Below, piece by piece: positions 22,392 through 34,895 of a stretch of 64,000 nt of DNA. A model generated the notes under the pieces. It saw only the letters and a list, made by a program, of their open reading frames with translations. It searched no databases and was not told where the DNA came from. The position numbers and the translations under genes were made by a program. The stretch's first letter is position 1. Each line of letters starts with the position of its first letter. Source of the DNA: Eledone cirrhosa (Eukaryota); assembly GCA_964016885.1 (NCBI GenBank), contig OZ024744.1:6200001-6264000 (forward strand), in the 5' to 3' direction.

Positions 22392-22927
22392 GAGAGTACA
22401 GTAGTTCAGAGATTAGAAAATATAAAATTGGAAAAGGAGGGGATGGAAGTATGTGTGCGTTGTTTTTTAATTTGTGTGTGTGTTAGTGTATATATAGGTG
22501 GAATGGTCTATACATTGTTTGTGTCTAAGTATGTTCGGCTATATTAACATTGTGTGTGGTGATGCCTGTTTATGTATCAAATATAAAAGAAATTATTAAC
22601 ATATAAAGTTATGTCTGTATATCTATAGAGAGAGTGAAACTGAGATGTGTACGTCTGAACGAGAGAGAGAGAGAGAGTGAGAGAGATACATTGTTGAATT
22701 TGCCCCTTCCTTGTTTAAGACGACAGTGCGATTTCACTATAGTTTGACTGAAATTTCTAGTGTTTCCAATGGATAGAATAATCTGTGGGTTGAAGAAAAC
22801 AATTTGTTATATTATTTCATACATGGTTTGGTGTACCTTTCTTCTCCGATAAGATGATATAATATACTAAACGGAGGTGGGGACTATAGAATCGACTAAC
22901 AACATTTTTAACGGTGACACAGTAGCC

Positions 22928-23715
22928 CAGAGGTTCTTAAAGTGGGCGCTAGAGTCCCACGTGAGGCATTGAGATGGTCCAGGGGTTCTGGGGTCTAAAG
23001 GGGGGGGTAAAGATGATATAATAGTATATTAAATATCAAATGATGCATATATCTTAACTATACTAAAGTAAGGAGCGCAGGACTGCGTCAAGAATTTTTT
23101 TTTTTTAATCCCGTTTGTAAAATAAGTTGGATTATTTTGAATAACTAATGAATGAATATTACATAATTTATCTACTAAATATCGTTATTCTTGATAAAAT
23201 ATAAATCATTTTGTTGGTTATTTTAAGATTCACTTATTTAAAATTTTCAAATGTCAACACTTCCGGTTAGCGATCGCTTAAATAAACATTCATATATTTC
23301 TGTACCTAATTTTCTCCTAATGCAGTTTATATATAATATCGTCTTTTTTTAATATATCATGGATTACGTTACTGATTACATAAGACAGTGTAACACAGTC
23401 TTCGTTCAATTTCTGTGTATATTGTCAATTACGATTTTATTTGATGTATCATATCTACATGTATATATACTTGCGTATAATATCAATAAGCACACTACAC
23501 ATGCTAGCAGAAAACCTCTCGTAGTGTAGTTTTTCTGCTAGTATATAAATATAGTAAAATAAACAAATATATATTTATTTATACATAGTATATATTATAT
23601 CATTTATTATATATAAATTAACGATTTTATCTATTATTTGTGTGTCGGCAGGTCTCTCTGGGTTAGGGGGGGGCACTGAGGATATTACGTGGTCCCAAAA
23701 GGTTGACAACCTCTG
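22928..23715. mobile_element. Non-autonomous hAT (Charlie-like) DNA transposon / MITE
   Basis: Imperfect TIRs CAGAGGTTCTTAAAGT and reverse complement CAGAGGTTGTCAACCT. Flanks cagTAGCC and tccTAGCC resemble a decayed 8-bp TSD with central TA. Confidence 0.6.
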
Positions 23716-23809
23716 TCCTAGCCGAACTCCAGTTCAAAATACGTAGAAGACTTTCCTGCTTTATTTCCCAATCTTTAGAAATTATTTGTTGGGTTTTTAT
23801 TTTAGATTT

Positions 23810-23990
23810 AGTTTTTACTGGTTTCTCTCATTAGACTGTGGCCATGCTGGGGCACGACCTGAGAGGAGTTTAAATGATCACACCGACTCCTATACTTGTT
23901 TTTAACAAGTGTCTTACTTATTGTACCGATTACTGGTTTGTCGAACTGCTAAGTTATGGGATATAAGCAGAGACACAAACAGTGTCGGAC
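23810..23990 (-). mobile_element. SINE fragment (cephalopod-type)
   Basis: GACTGTGGCCATGCTGGGGCAC...GTCGAACTGCTAAGTTA motifs recognised from memory as an abundant octopus short repeat. Not verified by search; strand tentative. Confidence 0.5.
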
Positions 23991-24212
23991 ACACACATAT
24001 ATATATACACACACTCTTTCTCTTTCTCTTTCTCTCTCTCCCTCTCTCTCTCTCTTTCTCTCTCCCTCTCTCACACACACACAAATGAATATATATATGT
24101 GTTTGTATATTTGTGTGTTTGTGTGTGTCTGTGTATGTGTCAATGTGTGTGGGTGTGTGTGTTTGTATCTGCCTGTATGTGAATTTACACACACGCACAC
24201 ATATTTACACAT
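23988..24212. repeat. Compound (CA)/(TA)/(TC)/(TG) microsatellite
   Basis: Read directly from the sequence. Confidence 0.93.
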
Positions 24213-24249
24213 ACGCGTGTTGAAAAACTTCTATTTTTTCCAGTGTATA

Positions 24250-25060
24250 TTTCATTAAATATTTTAACACGGGTTTGGTATTCTCTTGCGGATGTCGTCT
24301 CACAAATATTGGCCACTCTTCCTGATATGTAGGACATTATAACGAAGACTTCATTGTACGGGAAGAAGGAAGATGAACTACCTGATTTGGTGTTCAATCC
24401 TATTCTGTTTCACCATGTCTAAGGATCTTCTATCATTCCCAAAGACTTGTCATTGAAATTTTGTGGACAGTGGCTGTGTGGATGCCAGTAAAAGGGAGAT
24501 TTGTTCTGTTCGTGTCCACCTTGTTCTGTTGTCCACCTTAATACAACCACGTTTCCTAGAGTGACGTTTCTGGAAACCATTCAGCCAGATCTTACCATAT
24601 TTTTCTCCTTTGGTTTTTTATTTTGTCTTGTTTCTTTGTTGTTTTTTTGGTTTTTGTTGCTGTTTTTTTTTTATTGGGTGGTGGTTACATTTTAATCATG
24701 GAAAATTCAGGAAAGGTGATGTTAAAAAAAATTTCAAGGAGGAGTAACATCGAGTCAAACCAGACATTTGTCCTAAATGCTTAGAGCAGAGTAGATTCCA
24801 GTAAATGTACCAAAGGACCAGTCGTTAAACATGGCTACGAATAAATAGGGAAAGGAATTTTGCTGATACTCTTAAACGCTGTAAAGCGTATTTCCAATTT
24901 TCTTTAATGTCTTCATCAAATACTGCTTCTCTGCTATGAGGATTAACTAATAGTTTTATGTGAAGGACGCCTGAATTCCACAATCTATTTACCAATTCCA
25001 AGAACAACGTTACAGTAGACATTCCAAGCTTGTATGGAGTGTATATTTAAGTCAAATAAT
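24250..25060. pseudogene. Possible highly decayed Penelope-like remnants
   Basis: TVDIPSLY at ~25012-25035 (+) resembles the PLE RT D..SLY motif. A QY..ET-like trace lies at ~24295-24312 (-). Weak. Confidence 0.3.
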
Positions 25061-25380
25061 CTGCTCCGTCTAGTGTACTAATTCGTTCTTTAAAGAATCG
25101 ATACGTTTTACAACAATGATGTCTTAGTGATAGACAAACAACGAATCCGTTCTTACAGATGGACGGGTGTTGGTGAGATTTCTTTTGGCAACAGTACAAT
25201 ACAATTATTAATGCCGGGTATCTTGCTGAGCGAAAACTACAGAGATGTTTAATAGCCGCCTAAAATATTCCTTTGAAACTGAAGGATCGTTATAATAAAA
25301 AAAGGCGGATTTAATCAATGAATACAAACATGAATACTATAAATACTTTTATGCAGCACAAAGACGCAGGCATATGTTAA

Positions 25381-25745
<365 letters not shown>

Positions 25746-25749
25746 ATCA

Positions 25750-26152
25750 TGGATTTCCGTCAAATTCAACGAGGAGTATTCATCTGTTCAGTCGAATGGA
25801 CGGCCTAGGTGACTGAGTATTCCATTCTCAATAGCCGGCTATGGTTTGTCTTCATGTACTTTTGCATGTCGCTTGAGCCCTCCTGCTGATTTACATTCTC
25901 TACCACATGCCTGGCAGGCATGATGAGTAGCATCTCCAACAGCAGCCTGGTAGTCAACCATTGGTCTTACTTTATGACTATGAAGATGACTTTCAAGTCC
26001 AGCTCGCACAGACGCTGCATGTCAGCACCATAGGAGGACCTTCACTGTCTGGAAATGCACCAGCAATGTCCTTCATCACATACCTTTTTACTTTCTCGTA
26101 TGCGATTCGAGATGCCTCAAAAGCAACTTTTCCCTCATGTACAATATTTCTC
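25750..26152 (-). mobile_element. 3' fragment of an RTE-like LINE
   Basis: WRNIVHEG..AFE..R....KR followed by a C2H2 finger CQACGRECKSAGGLKRHAKVH (~25854-25917), typical of RTE ORF C-termini. Confidence 0.6.
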
Positions 26153-26171
26153 CATACACACATACATACGT

Positions 26172-27822
26172 ACATTTCTCAAGGGACATACATTTATACC
26201 AGAATCGTTGACATTACCACAAACAATACTGGTCCCCAAGAACAAAGACACCCACTTGGCAAAAAACTACCGACCCATTGCATGCCAGAACTTGATGTAT
26301 AAGATGTATACAGCCTGCCTGAACCTATTCCTCCAAGATCACTGTGAAAATAATAACATCATCACAGATGAACAAGCAGCTGGAAAGAAAAGGGTTTGGG
26401 TGTGTGCTGAATAATTCCTAATCAATAAAACTGCGATGTCGGAGGTGCGACAACTTAGGAGGAATATGGCTACAGTCTGACTGGACTACAGGAAAGCTTT
26501 CGATTTTGTTCCCCACTCTTGGATGATAGAGGCCCTCCAACTTGCTAAAGTCCCAGACATTATTGTCAGAGCCATAGAGAGGCTGTCTTCTTCTGGGGCT
26601 ACTATCCTAAGGTTAAAGACAGAGAGGGAGGACTCTATTTTCACAGATAAAATAGAATATCACAGGGGTATATTTCAAGGAGACAGTTTCTCTGGGATAT
26701 TATTTATCCTGTCATTAAACCACTTATCCTTTCTGCTCAAGAAATGTGAAGGATACATCATGGGCTCACAGGAGGACAGAAATACGAACCTAACCCATAA
26801 TTTCTTTGTGTATGGTATATGCCAAGAACATGGAATGAGAGTAATATAGATAAGGAAAGTAGTCTATCTTGGAACAACAACCGCTATATTGGCTCCCACA
26901 TTGAAGGATACTCTTTTGCAATTCAAGAACAGGAAATCAACACGTAATACCTGATTCACAAAAGAGATAGGGATGCAGGCAAAACACCTAGATGTGAGAA
27001 CAAGTGCAGACTCTGCAGAACTAACATCGACGATATCAGCCATGTCATCAGCAGCTGTCCAAAGATGTCATCATGGTACTATTTACCTACGCAGCATGAT
27101 GTAGTGGCCAAAACACTGTACAATGCAATCCATAGAAAAGATAGCCCCGATAATAAACACATTAAAAGCTACAGCAATGTGGAAGACATCCATGTACATA
27201 ATATGAAAGAGTACTGGTGGAATGTTCCAGTAAAAACACCAATAAAATTCAGACATTACAGACCAGATGTAATGATATGGTACAGGGAAAAGAAAACATG
27301 CACAGTAGTGGAGGTTAGCTGCCCAGCAGATGCCAATAAAATATCAAAGATTAGTGAAAAGGAGAATATTTATGCAGAACTGATGAGAAATCTGCAGATA
27401 CTCCACCCTGATTATACCTTCAGATTTATACCTGTGATTATTGGGGCACTGGGAAATGTTAGTAACGGCCTCAATACAAATCTTGAGAAGCTAGGCTTCA
27501 CAGGAACAGAAAGAACACTAGTTAGGAAATTACAAGTACAATCCATTAATGCGACAGTAAAAATATGTAAAACATTCCAAAAATATTGCATCTAATAACT
27601 GCATATACACATGTACAGATACAAAGCATATACACTTGCACACATACAACTGAAAACATCCACGTCCACACATACAATAACATCCATATCTACACATGCA
27701 GACATACATACATATCTACCTAGTTGATGTTGTGTAAATTCCAATGAGGGAGTCTTGTGTCTATGTTAGAAACCGACTCACTCTCTATTGGTAAAACTTT
27801 GTGAAATTATACATCCGGAAGA
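26172..27822 (+). mobile_element. Old, 5'-truncated and internally deleted R4-like element (Dong-3)
   Basis: NYRPIAC, EQAAG, DYRKAFD, GIFQGDS, CRLC..H..C, QHD and RPD..EV.CP motifs across broken ORFs 26055-27595. Flanked by CATA repeats. Confidence 0.82.
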
Positions 27823-27899
27823 ACATACATACATGCATACATACATGATAATGGCTGCCTCCTCGTTATCGAGTATGGCCATTGCACGAACAAAAAAAG

Positions 27900-27940
27900 A
27901 TAATAATAATAATGATAATAATAATAATAATAATAATAAT
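27900..27940. repeat. (TAA)n, left edge of array 2
   Basis: Read directly from the sequence. Confidence 0.96.
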
Positions 27941-28545
27941 TGTATCCGAGTGTAAACACCTAGCCCAGACCCAATATAAGGGCTGGAGACATGATGTGAT
28001 GGGCAGGGTGATCCACTGGCACCTGTGCAAAGTAAACAATTTACCACATTCTGAGAAATGGTATGAGCATAAGCCAGAGGCGGTGATGGAGAACAATCAG
28101 GTGAAGGTGCTGTAGGATTTTAGGATACAGACGGACAAGAAACTGGAACACAATAGACCTGACCTGGTGGTTGTGGACAAAGAAAAAAGATCGTGTCTGA
28201 TTGTGGATGTGGCCTGCCCATTCGACACGAGAGTGCAAGAGAAGGAGAGGGAGAAAATTAACCGATACCAGGACCTAAAGTGGGAGGTGAAAAGGATTTG
28301 GAATTGCCATGAAGTCAAAGTGATCCCGATTGTCATAGGCGCACATATCTCCAAAAGTTTCCAGGGATGGTTAAAGAAAATCGGCCCATTCACGCTTTTT
28401 GGAACGCTTCAAAAGGCATGCTTGCTGGGAACAGCAAGAACCCTCCGATACGTCCTGAATATCTGAGGCTGCAGGTAGTGGCTTGATATTCATTCCAACG
28501 GACTTTCCAGTTAACCAACATCAATGACTGAGATTCAAGGAATAA
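27939..28545 (+). mobile_element. Dong-2 copy c, 5'-truncated 3' fragment (RLE and 3' UTR) with a stop codon
   Basis: Matches the C-terminal region and 3' UTR of Dong-2a/b. TAA repeats on both sides. Confidence 0.93.
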
Positions 28546-28564
28546 CAACAATAATAATAATAAT

Positions 28565-29232
28565 AGAGGCTAGCCCACTGTGCAGGATCTGTGGAGAGAG
28601 AGAGGAGACTGTGGCTCATATTGTGTCCGAGTGTAAACACCTAGCCCAGACCCACTATAAGGGCTGGAGACACGATGTGATGGGCAGGGTGATCCACTGG
28701 CACCTGTGCAAAGTAAACAATCTACCACATTCTGAGAAATGGTATGAGCATAGGCCAGAGGCGGTGATGGAGAACAGTCAGGTGAAGGTGCTGTGGGATT
28801 TTAGGATACAGACGGACAAAAAACTGGAACACAATAGACCTGACCTGGTGGTTGTGGACAAAGAAAAAAGATCGTGCCTGATTGTGGATGTGGCCTGCCC
28901 GTTCGACACGAGAGTGCAAGAGAAGGAGAGGGAGAAAATTAACCGATACCAGGATCTAAAGTGGGAGGTGAAAAGGATTTGGAACTGCCATGAAGTCAAA
29001 GTGATCCCGATTGTCATAGGCGCACTGGGGACTATCTCCAAAGGTTTCCAGGGATGGTTAAAGAAAATCGGCCCCTTCACGCTTTTTGGAACGCTTCAAA
29101 AGGCATGCTTGCTTGGAACAGCAAGAACCCTCCGATACGTCCTGAATATCTGAGGCTGCAGGTAGTGGCTTGATATTCAATCCAACGGACTTTCCAGTTA
29201 ACCAACATCAATGACTGAGATTCAAGAAATAA
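28565..29232 (+). mobile_element. Dong-2 copy d, 5'-truncated (CCHC, RLE and 3' UTR; reading frame intact)
   Basis: EASPLCRICG...YVLNI* (to 29153). TAA/CAA repeats on both sides. Confidence 0.93.
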
Positions 29233-29254
29233 CAATAACAATAATAATAATAAT

Positions 29255-32200
29255 GTTTTCTTTATTAACCACAAGGGTTTACATAAAGTAGACATTAAGG
29301 ACAGTACAGGACAATACAGGACGGTACAAATGGGCATTTCTGCGTGTAAAAAAAACAGAGGATGAAATAAAATAACAAAGAAAAATTCCCCAATAGGGGG
29401 GAGACTTCCGAGGGACATTTTTGTGGAGAAAGCCCAGTAAAAAGCCACAATGACCCTGACCACCAAGGCAAGTGCCCTCTCCCAGTTTTCCACCTTTAAT
29501 TTACAGACACATACTCAGAGAAGGCCCATTCATTCGGGCCATACTTGCTTCTCTCACCCATCTTTCAACAAAATGCTGGGAAGAGAGCACTTCCCTCTCT
29601 ACCCTGATTTTCCTTTTCAGATGAAATTTGAAAAAGTTAATCAGGGCATCACCGAAGAGGTAAGTGCTCGTCTTCAGCCCTTTCAAACGTGTCCACCATA
29701 CTATCTCTTTCGCCATGGCCACCAGACAGATAAAAACTGCCTGCCCTTCCCGGCTAAAGGAAGAGGGCGGGGCAATCCTCACGATTGACTCAGCTGATAG
29801 CTGGATCCGTCCTACACGTGACAGCAGGTGTTCGACGTAAACCCACAAGTCAGCAATGCTCGGATACTGGACGAGTGCGTGCAGGACGGTTTCGTCGCCC
29901 TGCGCGCATCTCGGACATGCCCGGCTGACGGCACCTCCATGCCTGTAGAGTTTATCCCGAACTGGCAAAGCTCCCCGGTAGCACTGCCAGGCCAGGGATT
30001 TCTGGAAGTTGTCCATAGGCCCCGGCCCGAAAGTCCTTCCGAAGAGATTGGCTAGTTGATTTTCGTCGACGCCTAGAGTTTCTCCAAGTACGTCGTCGCT
30101 CTTCCCCTCCACTAATCCCCTATAGAACGCCAAGGTGGAGTTTCCACCGATCACATTGCCCGATTTGTCGAGGGCTGTGAGCGCCTGAAGACATTCCAGT
30201 CTCCAAGCGCTCCCTCTCGGTCTTCGCTTGACCCAGGACTGCAGCTCCGTCAAGGAGACGAGCTGGGGAAAAACGTGTCTAGCAAACGGCGACCACACCT
30301 GATCACCGTCGAGGAAGAGGTGGAGATGTCGTAGCCTGAGCGCGTGTCTGCGCATCATCAGCCACGGCATGCCCAGCCCTCCACGTAGCGGGTGTTGACA
30401 GCAGATGGACCGCCTGACCATCGGAGCGCGTCCCTTCCACAAGAAGCGAAAGAGCAAACGCTCCAGCGCAGTCAGGCGGGGCTTAGGACAAGGTACGACG
30501 GTCAGGCGGTAGTAGATGACGGATGCGATGTACGCATTCGCCACCTCCGCTCGACCTTTCAGGGATAGCTTCCTCTCGGCCCATTTCTGGGTGAGAGAAG
30601 CCACCCTGCTCGTCACCTCGTCCCAGTTTTTGTCCGTCTGGAGGTCTGGACCGAACCAGACCCCTAGCAATTTAACCGGTCCGTCCGTCCAGCGCCCGAC
30701 GACGCTGTTGGACGGCATGGACCTGCCTCTCCAGGTGCCGAGCTGCAGGCCCACTGACTTTTCCTGGTTGATCATTGCTCCTGTCACCGCTTCGTATTCT
30801 CTTAGTGTAGTGCCGATCGCCTCGATGTGTTTGGCGTTCGACACCACTACGGTGACATCGTAGACATATGCTGACACGGATCTTCCGCATCCTAGTTAAC
30901 GCGGGACCCCCCTCAACGTCTCCAGTTTGTGCAGTAATGGCTCGAGAGTCAATACGTACAATAGGGACGAGAGGGGACATCCTTGGGGGACCGAGCGCAT
31001 GATGTTGAACGGTTCCGAAAGGTGACCGTTCACTCTCACTACAGAGCAGATGTCGCTGTGCATGGCAGCGATCCAGCCTCTGAAGACGGGCCCAAAGCCA
31101 AGAGGCCTCCGAACAAGTTTGGCATTTGTGCGTAAGGTTCATAGGGCAGACCATCCAAACCAGGCGATTTACCCCTTGTGCAACTAGTCATTGCATCGCG
31201 TACTTCAGCGGTTGTTATCGGCTTTTCGCAACACTCCGCCTCAGTGGCCGAAAGCCGCGGCAGTCCGTCAAGGTAGACACTAAAGTCCATCCCTCGATCC
31301 GGCCCGCCACTGCCCCCGAACAGTTGCGCGAAGTGTCGCTGAAAAGCTTCACACATTTGCCCGGGATCGAGTAGCATGCGCCCGTCGTGGTCCACCAAAG
31401 ACCGGATCGTGGCTTTGTTGCCACGACGCGCCTCCGCCACTCGGGCCCATTGAACGGCTTTCGTCCCCTCGTGTCTGAGAGCACGCACCCTAGCTCTGAC
31501 AACGCAGCCTTCGTGCTTTGCATTGAAGAATTGGTCAAGGGCCAATTTCGCCGCAAGTACGTCAGTCGCGATGCCTTTGCTAAGCGCCTCATCTAATTTT
31601 CTAACTAATTCTCCCTCTGCTCTATTTTTCTCTATTGCTAAAGTCTTACTAAACCTAATGGACTCTATTCTAGTTGCTCTTTTCAGAGCAAACCACCACT
31701 TGTTGTTGACGATGGCCTCCGTCAACGCCCGCTTAACTGGTTCGCTAATCCGGTCTCTGTAGGCCTTGCGCGCTGGTAAGGACGCGTTTAGCTTCCAGTA
31801 GCCGGGTCCTCGTCTATGAAGCCTATCTAAGTCAAGCACACAGATCACGAATTTGTGGTCCGTGTAGCTGACTATCTTGAATTGTGGACAGCCTATGCTA
31901 GACCTATCTATTTCCCTACAAAATACTCTATCTAGATATGATCTGGATGACCCTATGCGATTTGTCCAAGTCCACATTGGTACATTCGGGAAATCCATTC
32001 GGTACCTGTCAGACAGTTCAAAACGTCTGAGCAGGTTGGTGAGACTCTTGCACCCTCCTTCCCTATCCACTAATCCCACACAATCCCAGCGTGCATCTAA
32101 GATCCCGTTCCAGTCGCCCACTAACACTAAAGAGCGGGACGTTCCAAGAAAGGTCTCCAGACGCCGGAAGAAATCAGGCCGCCCTGCTCCTGTCGGGGCA

Positions 32201-34784
32201 TAGACGGCCACTAACCTGAAAGCTTGCCCGTCTCCGCTGGTCACGTCCAGCACCACCAACTTACCTTCTGGGTCCAGGAAGATGGCCCGTATGGCAAGAT
32301 CCAAACCTCTCCGAAAAAGCACAGCAACTCCTCCCCCCGATCCCGGACGGCTGGGAGATGCGTACACATCGTAGCCGCCGAAGATCGGTGCGAAAGCCTG
32401 TGCTTCGGAGATTCTGGTCTCGCTGATGGCCACTACATCTATGTTTAGTGACCTGAGGTCGTTGAGCATGTGGCCCTGCTTCCATGACGACCCCAAGCCA
32501 CGCGCATTTATGCTGCCTATTCTGAGTGAGGTCATGTTGAAAAGGAGTGGAAAAGATGGGAAAGACCACTTACCTTACTTCTCGTAGGGGAAGGACAGCT
32601 TTTCCATCCTTTTCACTGCTTGTGGCCTCCTCAGGAAGGATGTCCTTATAAATCCTCCTGGAGAGTGCTTGTCGGAAGTCTCCGATGTCTTTGGGGAATT
32701 TTTGTTTTAATGTCATGTACGTTTTCTGTGTGATGCGAGTGATTTGTATGTGTGGAGGTGGTGTGAATTTTGGGGTTGTTGTGTAGTCTTTTTCTGTGAT
32801 GCTGGTGTTGTGTTGGATGTAGTGTAATAATTGCTTGTTGTTCAAATTTAATGCTGTGTAGTGTGTATCGTTTTGGTTATTTTGTTTTGTTTGCGTTTGT
32901 TGTGGGTTTGTTTCTGTTTCGCATTTTGGTAACTTTTGTGGTGTAGGTGATGGTGGTGTTGGAGTTAATGATGGTGATGGTGTTGGTGTTTGGGTTGATG
33001 GGGTTGGTGATGCTGGTGTGGATGGTGGCATATCTGTCCTAACTTTTTTTTTTCTTAGTTTATTTGTTTCCCTCTGTATTTTGTTTTTGGAGGGAGAAGG
33101 AAGAGAATTTTTTCTTTTTTGGTTTCTTTTTTTTTTTTCCGGATATCGTTTCCCACTCCTCGTCGTCACAATCTGTCTCCAGTTGTGATAGGCCGGGGAG
33201 TGGAAAATCTTCCACAGCCGTTAGTTTTGGTTGTGGTGTGGTGGATGGTGTAGGCGCTGGTGCTAGTTCTGAAGCGTTGGGTGGTGGTGGTATTGGTTTT
33301 GCTGGTGGTGGTAGTGGTGTTGGTTTTGCTACTGTTGCTGGGGTTGTTGCTATTATAGTTGCTTCTGTTGTTGCTGCTACAGTTGTTGTTGCTGCTACAG
33401 TTGTTGCTGGCATCTCTGCTACTGGTGGTGTTGATGGTTGTGTCACTGGGGTGGGTAGGAGAGGTGGCCTCAACCTTTTAGCCTGAGGGCAGAAATCCCT
33501 TAGGTGGGTTCCTTTACCACAAACGACACACCTAGGTCTTCTGCCCTCGACAATTACCGTGAGGTGGCTGCCGTCAGTGAGGTCTATTACCTCTGGGATC
33601 TCCTCAATGCTTTTTTGGTCCGCTTGGATCAGGAGCTCCATCCCAGATCCGGACCAGTTTTCCTGCTTTTCTTTTGCTATTGTTATTATTTTCGTGTTGG
33701 CCTCGATGCCGGCGAGGTCAGCCGCTATTAGCCAGGGAATTTCGATGGCCGGTGGAACGTGGGTCACCCTGATCTTTACGAGTCTCTGGCTACAATAGCT
33801 TGGGACGAGTGTGAAGTCGTCACTTTTTAATGTGGCCATGGAGTGTTCTCTAGCCTCCTCTGGTGTTTCAAAGAACACATCCACGGTTCCATACTTTTGC
33901 CCACGTCTGATGTGGGTTTTTCTTGCCCACACATGTCCCAAAGCTTTTTGGATTTGGGACTCGGATGCCCGTTCCACTCGGCGCGATTTTACATTTATTG
34001 TTCTATACGACACAGTGCATAGGCGCCGATGCTCCATTTTATTAGGGGGGGGGTGAGGCTGCCCCTGTACCCATCTTTCTTTCCCATTTGTTTGGCATTT
34101 TCTAAATCTTCTTGAGTTACGGTAAATGCTTCGAATTGTTTTGCTACTCTGGCGAAACTGAGGGGGGTTTTATAATGTCATTGTTGTTGTTGTTGCTATC
34201 GTTAATATTAATTTTAGTTTCAGTTGTGGTGGTGACGTCAGTCGTCCTTGGTGGGGAAGAGTCCATTTTGCTTGATTTCATTTCGACATCACGAGTTAAT
34301 TTATTTTTTTCTTCTTTTGTTTCTGTTGTCGCGGTGGTGGTGGTGGTGGTGGTGGTGGTTGTCGCGGTGGTGGTGGTGGTGGAGGCTTTAACACCTGCAG
34401 TCATTGGTAATGGCGGGAAATGAATGTCTGCCTGAGACAAATTTAAAATATTGCTACTGCTTATATTTTTTTTTTGTGTTGGCAAACGTAGTAACATTTA
34501 CAATGGTGGTGTCGGTGTGAGGTGTTAATTTGTGAGGAAGGCTTTCAGCCGCTTCGTGCAGAGGTGAATTAGCCATTTTTTTCAAAGAAATTTTTTGATA
34601 ATAATAAAAGTTTAAATTTTGGGCACAAGGCCCCAATCTTTTTTGGTGTCCTTTTCGGAAAATAATGTATGTGCGCTTATAAACAGTTAACGATAAAAAT
34701 TTTCCATAAATGACAATTTTTAACAAACGGAAATAACAAACCTTTGCGGAGCTCACGTTGATACGATTTGCTACGTAGGTCGCC
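29255..34784 (-). mobile_element. Tx1-A copy A2, full-length ends, 385-bp deletion in the RT
   Basis: Same 5' and 3' termini as A1. ORF1 32570-34404 and ORF2 29501-32535 are disrupted. (ATT)n on both sides of the sense strand. Confidence 0.93.
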
Positions 34785-34867
<83 letters not shown>

Positions 34868-34895
34868 TAATAATAATAATAAGAAGAAGAAGAAG
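34785..34895. repeat. (TAA)n followed by (AAG)5, between head-to-head Tx1-A2 and Dong-1c
   Basis: Read directly from the sequence. Confidence 0.96.
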
